Positions 55,139 through 60,533 of a stretch of DNA of 60,533 bases are shown here, piece by piece. This DNA comes from a virus (taxonomy: Duplodnaviria; Caudoviricetes), in IMG/VR virus record IMGVR_UViG_3300048625_000009, positions 1 to 60,533 of that record; one strand, written 5' to 3'. Each line of letters starts with the position of its first letter. Within the stretch, counting starts at the first letter, position 1. Under the pieces are notes generated by a model that was not told the origin of the DNA, made no database searches, and saw only the letters and a program-made list of their open reading frames with translations. The translations under genes and the position numbers were made by a program.

Positions 55139-56050
55139 TTAATCGTCGTTGGCGATTTTCTGGAAATATGACATCACATCTTCATCATCGTCTTGATTAG
55201 AGACAGCAGACTTTGGTTGTGGTGCAGCTTTAGCAGTAAATGCTGGTGCTGGAGCAGAACGTGGTTCGTCAGCAATTTCAGCAGCACTCTTAGGCGCGAA
55301 AGAATCACCAGACAAAACTTCATTCAACTTCTTCTTCAACTCGTCGTAAGACTTGAAGTTCTTACGATCTGTGAATTCAGATAGCTTGTGCTGAGCATTG
55401 ACAACAGCTAACAACTTGTCTTCGTCGTCAGAAACAACAGAAGGCTCCATAAAAGCAGATTCGTCATAGTTAGCATAGCCATCCTTCTTACGCATACGCA
55501 TCTTGAAGTTGGCACCTTCCCACAAATCAAACACATTTACTGGCTTCTCGTCCTCGAAAGTAGGACGTGCTTTGTCCATAATCTTGTCGAAGATCTTTTT
55601 ACCGAACTTAAACAAGAAGACTTTACCTTCGTTTTCTGGGTGCTTTGGATCAGACACAACCAAGACGTTAGCAGTGAAACTTAGCTTACGCTTTTGCTTA
55701 CGTGCAATTTCTTTGTTGGCTTCAGAACCAGAGTTCCATAGCGTAGTATTCAGTTCACCGACAGGGTCATTCTCACCAAGAGTGGTCAGAGAATTTTCGA
55801 TGTACCATTTACCAGTTGAACCTTGGAAACCGTGAGAGAAGATACGAACCCATGGGAGTTCATCGCCTTCAACACGTGGGAGGAAACGCAAAGTGGCAGT
55901 ACCATTGCCAGCTTTATCACCTTCGAGGCGCCAGTAGCGATCGTCGTTGTATGACTTGGTTTCAGTTTGAGGGTTTGCTACTTTTTCGAATGCGTTAGAA
56001 ATAGCACCGAAATCAGAGTTGCGCATAGCACGTAGTTTTTGAATATCCAT
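55139..56050 (-). CDS. gp32: Single-stranded DNA-binding protein gp32
   Basis: DKAGNG.A..RFLP, HGFQ..GKWYIEN, DPKHPENEGKVF.FKFGKKIFDK motifs and acidic tail. Confidence 0.97.
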   Translation of the reverse strand: MDIQKLRAMRNSDFGAISNAFEKVANPQTETKSYNDDRYWRLEGDKAGNGTATLRFLPRVEGDELPWVRIFSHGFQGSTGKWYIENSLTTLGENDPVGELNTTLWNSGSEANKEIARKQKRKLSFTANVLVVSDPKHPENEGKVFLFKFGKKIFDKIMDKARPTFEDEKPVNVFDLWEGANFKMRMRKKDGYANYDESAFMEPSVVSDDEDKLLAVVNAQHKLSEFTDRKNFKSYDELKKKLNEVLSGDSFAPKSAAEIADEPRSAPAPAFTAKAAPQPKSAVSNQDDDEDVMSYFQKIANDD

Positions 56051-56066
56051 ATATTTTCCTTAGTAT

Positions 56067-56282
56067 TTACTTTGTATTAGTATTGTGTTGTATAGAAATC
56101 TGATCATCTAGTTCAAATTCGTCATCGAAATCATCGATGTTGATATCATAATCTTCTTCAACATAACTATTTAGCGTTCTCATACCACCAGTTTTTTTAC
56201 CGCTGCTATGCTTGGCAGGTTTCCCTGAACGCCCACCAAATTCATCATCGAATCTCTTCGACTGTGTATAAGTCTTGCCCAT
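56067..56282 (-). CDS. Small hypothetical protein (basic N-terminus, acidic C-terminus); likely start MGKTY
   Basis: ORF fills the gp59-gp32 gap. Confidence 0.55.
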   Translation of the reverse strand: MGKTYTQSKRFDDEFGGRSGKPAKHSSGKKTGGMRTLNSYVEEDYDINIDDFDDEFELDDQISIQHNTNTK

Positions 56283-56286
56283 CTTA

Positions 56287-56898
56287 TTACTCTGCAATTT
56301 CTTCCATGAAGTGTGTGAAAACTTTACTAGCCTTAATCTTATTATACTTTACGAATCCAGTCAACTTTTTAATTCGTAATAGTTCATCGCTCCATATATG
56401 TTTAACAGAGGAGTTTTGACTCCAATGTTCTACAATAGGGTGATAATCCTCTAAGATGTTTAGCGTTTCTATACTTATCTGTCCTCCGATGAATAACTTC
56501 AGCGCGACTGGATATTCATCGTTGACAAAATTTAAGACTGAACTGGTTGGCAGTCTATTCACTTCTATGTAGGTTAGTAATTTAGCCAAATCATCAATAA
56601 AAATCTGAGAGACAGATTGTTTACGTCTGTTCCACTCAACTAGATTATCTTCAGCTTCTTTACCTTCATAAATTGCATTACCATTACCATACGCGAAGTT
56701 TGCAACAAAGAACTGAATAATATCTTTATCTGTTGCAAACTTAGCAGCAAGTTTCTCAAAAATATATCTGTCATTCCTAGCATTGAATGCTTCACGAGTG
56801 CCCTTAACGTTACCTCGATTCTCGAAGACGTTAAACTTCTCAGTCGTAAAGTGTAATTTAATTGCTAGGTAATAACGGTATGCTTTAAATCCGTCCAC
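56287..56898 (-). CDS. gp59: Helicase loader gp59; likely GTG start at 56898
   Basis: YRYYLAIKLHFT, F..RNDRYIFEKL, FFVANF and ISIETL motifs; AGGA upstream of GTG. Confidence 0.88.
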   Translation of the reverse strand: MDGFKAYRYYLAIKLHFTTEKFNVFENRGNVKGTREAFNARNDRYIFEKLAAKFATDKDIIQFFVANFAYGNGNAIYEGKEAEDNLVEWNRRKQSVSQIFIDDLAKLLTYIEVNRLPTSSVLNFVNDEYPVALKLFIGGQISIETLNILEDYHPIVEHWSQNSSVKHIWSDELLRIKKLTGFVKYNKIKASKVFTHFMEEIAE

Positions 56899-57070
56899 TT
56901 CGATGTTTCCTACAAAGTTCTTTCGCTTCCACTGGGACATCGGGAGATATCTCTGCAATGGAACAATCAATTCTAATGGTTCTATTATCTGCGTTCTTGG
57001 CCAATGAAATAATCAAAACCATCATGGCAATGAGAACAACAGAAGGCAGCAAGAAAATAAATTTAGACAT
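56885..57070 (-). CDS. Small membrane-anchored protein
   Basis: N-terminal hydrophobic helix, then IDCSIAEISPD...LCR. Confidence 0.6.
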   Translation of the reverse strand: MSKFIFLLPSVVLIAMMVLIISLAKNADNRTIRIDCSIAEISPDVPVEAKELCRKHRSGRI

Positions 57071-57278
57071 CTAGTTTAGCTTGTTTTGGTAAATAATTCA
57101 ACTCACGAAAATCCATCTCGATCTTATCTTTCAATGACTTGTTGATAAGCGATGATACATCCGCAGGTTCCAGAAAGTTTTCTTTACAGTAATAAAGAAC
57201 AGCATCCATGTAATTAAGACGTTTATCTCGAACGATTGATTCAATATGTAGAGAGAATTCGTTGGCTGTCTTAAACAT
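57063..57278 (-). CDS. gp33: Late transcription co-activator gp33; likely start MFKTANEF
   Basis: FSLHIE..V.....YMDAVL.YC...I...LKDKIE...LNYL motif. Confidence 0.85.
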   Translation of the reverse strand: MFKTANEFSLHIESIVRDKRLNYMDAVLYYCKENFLEPADVSSLINKSLKDKIEMDFRELNYLPKQAKLDV

Positions 57279-57495
57279 TGGCTTGTCGCTGTATGTAGTA
57301 GTTAGTGTTTCTAATTTCTTGACAAAGTTGTCCATATTCTTTATGCTTTTGTTTGTAGAGTTTCCAGATAGGCGTATCGGTACGTTCTGGATCCATCTTA
57401 CGTTCAAATTTGTCTAAGAACATAGTGAAGAATTTATCCATCTTCATGCGCTCAGAGAGCAGGGTATTGTATTTAGTAATCAAGTCCATATCCAT
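57271..57495 (-). CDS. Hypothetical protein (start 57495 or 57489)
   Basis: GGAG RBS before ATG 57495; coupled to gp33. Confidence 0.6.
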   Translation of the reverse strand: MDMDLITKYNTLLSERMKMDKFFTMFLDKFERKMDPERTDTPIWKLYKQKHKEYGQLCQEIRNTNYYIQRQANV

Positions 57496-57524
57496 ATTAT
57501 ACTCCAGTTTATATTGCAAGGCAA
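57496..57524 (-). promoter_or_regulatory. Sigma70-like promoter TTGCCT-N17-TATAAT
   Basis: Read directly from the minus strand; spacer is 17 nt. Confidence 0.65.
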
Positions 57525-57527
57525 GGT

Positions 57528-57773
57528 TTATTTTAGATTCATGATATGAGAGAGGACAATCTTAGACTCTTCATAATCAGACATAGCTAAGGCTTCTTCG
57601 ATGTAATCTTCTGCCTTCTTTTGGATACGTTCTCTTCGAGACATTCTAGTTTGTCTTTGAATTTCTTCCAATAAGAACTCATCTAAACGATCCATATCAG
57701 AACCCTGTACATATACATTCTGCCAAGTACCATCTGGCATTAGGCGAATCTTTAGAAGTTTTTTCGGTTCCAT
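57528..57773 (-). CDS. Hypothetical protein
   Basis: Coupled ORF with GAGG RBS. Confidence 0.6.
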   Translation of the reverse strand: MEPKKLLKIRLMPDGTWQNVYVQGSDMDRLDEFLLEEIQRQTRMSRRERIQKKAEDYIEEALAMSDYEESKIVLSHIMNLK

Positions 57774-58117
57774 TAGCCTCTCCTCATTGTTGCAATATCG
57801 TGAGCTTCTTCATCACTAAACACTGGCACTGCATTGCTTTTATGCATTGTACCAATACCTTTAATCTTATCACCCGTGTAGACTGGATTAGGACGCCAGC
57901 TGGCATTACCACCTGTGGTAGAACGACTCGGCAGCTTAGGGGTCTCCCGACCAGCAGGTATGCCAAGTGAGTATGAAAGACCAGCATCCTTAGCGACTGC
58001 TAGAGGCTTCTTTGGCTCATACTTCTTAAGTAGATCAGCCCATGATTTATCCAACTCGCGTTGTTTAGCGTTTGGTTTACGTTTCTTGGACTTCATTGGA
58101 GTGGTATGGTAAATCAT
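57773..58117 (-). CDS. Conserved T4-like hypothetical protein
   Basis: YTG..IKGIGTMHKSNAVPVF motif recurrent in T4-like phages. Confidence 0.7.
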   Translation of the reverse strand: MIYHTTPMKSKKRKPNAKQRELDKSWADLLKKYEPKKPLAVAKDAGLSYSLGIPAGRETPKLPSRSTTGGNASWRPNPVYTGDKIKGIGTMHKSNAVPVFSDEEAHDIATMRRG

Positions 58118-58806
58118 ACTACAAACCCTGTTGTGTCTTTCTTAGCACGACCCTTAGCTTTTAAGCCAACGATAACACCCTTTGGATCGAGGAAACGCAG
58201 ATCTGTTTCATCACCATTGATAACTGCACGACCAAGATAATTCTCTGGCACAGAGTGGAAAACTGCAGCAACGTTCATGCCATTAGACAGAGCGATACGA
58301 ACATCCATGTCATTACCATCAGCTTTGGAGAAAGTCAAGTGGTAGTTAGGGATGTGTTTGACTTTGCGGTTATTGACTTTAGTGTAGTCATAAAATTGAA
58401 CGTCAGGGAACATCTGGAAAATGTTTTTACCATCAGCAACTTCGTACTTCTCCCATGCTAAGTCAGAAGTACCATTCAGACGAAAGACTGGAACCAAGTC
58501 TTTCTTTTCAGCCTTCTTGATGGTTTTTGTGATTTCTACCACCAACTCATTGAGAAACTCTTGACGATTTTCGAAAAATGCCTTAGTCTTACGGATACGT
58601 GCTTGTTGAATCACGTTAGTAGACTCACCTTTCTTGAAGATACCACCACGACCAGCAGTGTTCAAACAAGCAGTTGTACAACCTGCAGTACGCTTTGGAC
58701 AGACTTCTTTACCAGACAAATCAGCTGGAGCGAAGTGGAGGACAGAAGACAAATAACCCTTTTTTTCACCTTTAAGCAACTTGGGGTTTCCAACAGTCAG
58801 TAGCAT
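58114..58806 (-). CDS. GP88-like protein (Cys-cluster protein)
   Basis: NPKLLK, APA....VCP....CTTACL..AGRG, RLNGTSD, FYDYTK, YHLTFS and GDETDLRFLD motifs. Confidence 0.75.
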   Translation of the reverse strand: MLLTVGNPKLLKGEKKGYLSSVLHFAPADLSGKEVCPKRTAGCTTACLNTAGRGGIFKKGESTNVIQQARIRKTKAFFENRQEFLNELVVEITKTIKKAEKKDLVPVFRLNGTSDLAWEKYEVADGKNIFQMFPDVQFYDYTKVNNRKVKHIPNYHLTFSKADGNDMDVRIALSNGMNVAAVFHSVPENYLGRAVINGDETDLRFLDPKGVIVGLKAKGRAKKDTTGFVV

Positions 58807-58836
58807 CTCAGTTCCTTTTCTCGATTCATTAGATAT

Positions 58837-58865
58837 ATTATCGCTGAATCATGGATTAAAGACAA
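58837..58865 (-). promoter_or_regulatory. Sigma70-like early promoter TTGTCT-N17-GATAAT
   Basis: Intergenic, 17-nt spacer, followed by AAGGA RBS and ATG 58806. Confidence 0.65.
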
Positions 58866-58904
58866 CAACTTTCTGGAGAGTCGTAAGTTGTTGATTCTAC
58901 AAGG

Positions 58905-58934
58905 AAAAATACCCCTCAGAAACTGAAGGGTATT
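58905..58934 (-). terminator. Intrinsic terminator
   Basis: Minus strand AATACCCTTCAG-TTT-CTGAGGGGTATTTTT. Confidence 0.75.
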
Positions 58935-58951
58935 AGTAGAAAACGAAAGTA

Positions 58952-59164
58952 TTACTTTTTAACCGTTACAGCGTAAGCGATACAGATGTTATCATGAGAG
59001 TTACCATAAGCACAACGTACTGCCAACGGATCGATACCCTTTGCCACAGCAGAGTCGATGTTATGCTCCATTGATTTCAGAGCAGTGTAGTTATAGAAGC
59101 CAACAGCCCCTACAATAGCCAATACGGCAGTCAACAGTGAAAGTGTCCAAACATTTTCATTCAT
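58952..59164 (-). CDS. Small membrane protein; likely start MNENV
   Basis: N-terminal TM helix, GIDPLAVRCAY motif; AAGGA RBS. Confidence 0.65.
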   Translation of the reverse strand: MNENVWTLSLLTAVLAIVGAVGFYNYTALKSMEHNIDSAVAKGIDPLAVRCAYGNSHDNICIAYAVTVKK

Positions 59165-59174
59165 AGTAAATTCC

Positions 59175-59732
59175 TTAAGAAAGTTCCTTAACGTCATCGC
59201 AGATTCCTAGCTTTTTAGCTTCGGATGGGCTTAACCAGATATCCTGTGGTGGCAAGAGCACATCACGAATTTGTTTTTCTGAAAGACCAGTACACTTTTT
59301 ATAGTGAGCAGTCATCTTCTTGGTTGTAAGGTCGAATTCTTTAACTGTGGCAAACAATTCGTGTTCTTTACCAAACGCACCCCATGAGTACTGATGAGAA
59401 AGAATAGAAGTATTTGGTGTAAGAATTCGCATACCTTTATCACCAGCGATAAAAATCATAAGTCCTGCTGAAGCAATCTGACCAAGACCGATTGTTCTTA
59501 CTGGAATAGATGAACCACGCATAACATCAATTAACGCAAATGCTGCGTTCAAATCACCACCTGGAGATGTAATAATCAAGTTTAGCAACTCTGGCTTTTC
59601 TTCACCGAAGTTAGCTTCAAAGATCCACTCAACAGCACCCTTAACTGTATTCAGTGAAATTTCTTCCATCATCAGGTAGAATGCATGGCGTGAGCTTTCT
59701 TCCTTTAGTTGGAGATTCATTTTTTGCATCAT
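59175..59732 (-). CDS. clpP: ClpP-like serine protease; likely start near 59732
   Basis: IITSPGGD, GQIASAG (catalytic Ser), ILSHQ (His), DIWLSPSEAKKLGICD motifs. Confidence 0.88.
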   Translation of the reverse strand: MMQKMNLQLKEESSRHAFYLMMEEISLNTVKGAVEWIFEANFGEEKPELLNLIITSPGGDLNAAFALIDVMRGSSIPVRTIGLGQIASAGLMIFIAGDKGMRILTPNTSILSHQYSWGAFGKEHELFATVKEFDLTTKKMTAHYKKCTGLSEKQIRDVLLPPQDIWLSPSEAKKLGICDDVKELS

Positions 59733-59733
59733 A

Positions 59734-60249
59734 TTATCTTTCGCTTTCTTTATAAAATATATGTCTACCAATTACGGTAGTTCTTTCTAAACCACGCCAA
59801 CGAGGGTGAACGTAATCAGCATGATAGAACAGAGCACCATTGGTGATGTCTGGTGTAGTTTCGTAGTTAGCGAAAACTCGAAGTGCAACTTCTAATGCAT
59901 CTTCATAAACAGTCTGATTCTTAATAGTCTTGCCATGTTGACAGAACCAAGAGAACTGACAAGTTGATCTTACTCTTTGTTTCACTACAGAGCAAATATC
60001 TTTTGGATAACGTGGGTCTTGCAGACGATTCATTGTAACTAAAGCAACAGCAACTTTACCATCTTCTGGTTCAAACCCAGCTTCATGATAAATGTTCTCT
60101 GCAAGGCATCGAACTTGATGTTGTGATTCTAAAGTTAACTGAGACATTTTAACACTAAGGTTAATGGTCTCTGTATAAGTTGTTTTTATTAAGACAACCA
60201 AACTTAAAACTAATAATATGAGCGGAATGTATATACGGTATGAGCGCAT
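59734..60249 (-). CDS. SleB/Hydrolase_2-family cell-wall hydrolase with N-terminal TM anchor
   Basis: CLAENIYHEA..E, AVALVTMNR, CQFSW, GALFYHADYV.P.W and IGRHIFY motifs. Confidence 0.9.
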   Translation of the reverse strand: MRSYRIYIPLILLVLSLVVLIKTTYTETINLSVKMSQLTLESQHQVRCLAENIYHEAGFEPEDGKVAVALVTMNRLQDPRYPKDICSVVKQRVRSTCQFSWFCQHGKTIKNQTVYEDALEVALRVFANYETTPDITNGALFYHADYVHPRWRGLERTTVIGRHIFYKESER

Positions 60250-60269
60250 AGTTATCTCCTTAAATGGTT

Positions 60270-60299
60270 AAAAGTCAAAGGGTGTGTGAACCCTCTGAC
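60270..60299 (-). terminator. Probable intrinsic terminator
   Basis: Minus strand GTCAGAGGGT...ACCCTTTGAC-TTTT. Confidence 0.6.
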
Positions 60300-60309
60300 C
60301 AATCCCTTA

Positions 60310-60533
60310 TCAGGTGGACTTTTTGCTAGTCTTTTCTAGTGTAGCTTGGGGGATCTGAGAAACGAATCCATTTAACTGAGTTGCCTTTGCGACAATATCG
60401 GATTCGGTTGGATATGTTGGCATGGATGGGTGTTCTGGTGGAACAGCACCTGCATTTCGAGCACTTTCTACTCGAACCTGCCAATCATTGGACACTTGCT
60501 CTTTCTTACCGTAGTATTCTTCAACAAGCATAT
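60310..60533 (-). CDS. Hypothetical protein, C-terminal part (5' end outside window)
   Basis: Frame open to the window edge; YPTESDIVAKATQLNGFVS motif. Confidence 0.6.
   Translation of the reverse strand, partial: MLVEEYYGKKEQVSNDWQVRVESARNAGAVPPEHPSMPTYPTESDIVAKATQLNGFVSQIPQATLEKTSKKST

Noticed and set aside
56899-57407. Long N-terminal extensions on gp59 and gp33 in the ORF track
   Set aside because: They overlap upstream genes; family similarity begins at GTG 56898 and ATG 57278.
511-58803. Many short opposite-strand or nested ORFs in the six-frame track (e.g. 3872-4228, 19567-19962, 44033-44479, 50239-50646)
   Set aside because: They are shadow ORFs over well-supported genes, with no RBS or recognisable motifs.
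1-60533. tRNA, rRNA genes or an alternative genetic code
   Set aside because: Intergenic gaps are short with no cloverleaf recognised; core genes translate full length in the standard code.

Overview
This window is about 60 kb of a large T4-like (Tevenvirinae/Kyanoviridae-type) myovirus genome and holds almost the whole virion morphogenesis module. On the minus strand, in window order: partial uvsW, a free-standing GIY-YIG homing endonuclease, uvsY, gp3, head genes gp23/22/21, a core protein, gp20, gp19, gp18, gp17, gp15/14/13, a cluster of tail-fibre genes, baseplate genes (DUF4815-type giant protein, gp8, gp7, gp6, gp25, PAAR, gp5, hub, gp53, gp48). A divergent plus-strand block follows (gp4, gp2, gp54, holin, displaced gp16, gp26, gp51, probable tape measure). 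The window ends with minus-strand gp32, gp59, gp33, GP88-like, ClpP and SleB-like genes. T4-type late promoter cores (TAAATA) and intrinsic terminators punctuate the region. Two things stand out. (1) A cassette inside the fibre cluster (23.5-29.3 kb): a tail fibre whose only six cysteines lie in its last 45 residues (ending NCNCACNC), followed by two unknown proteins, a TRAP DctP-like binding protein with no signal peptide, an asparagine-synthetase-like PP-loop ATPase and a radical SAM/SPASM enzyme. This looks like a RiPP-style system for modifying a virion receptor-binding tip. (2) A U8 slippery site at the gp26 stop that would fuse gp26 to gp51 by -1 frameshifting directly upstream of the probable tape measure, like lambda G/GT. 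All calls come from motif recognition and synteny; no database searches were run.
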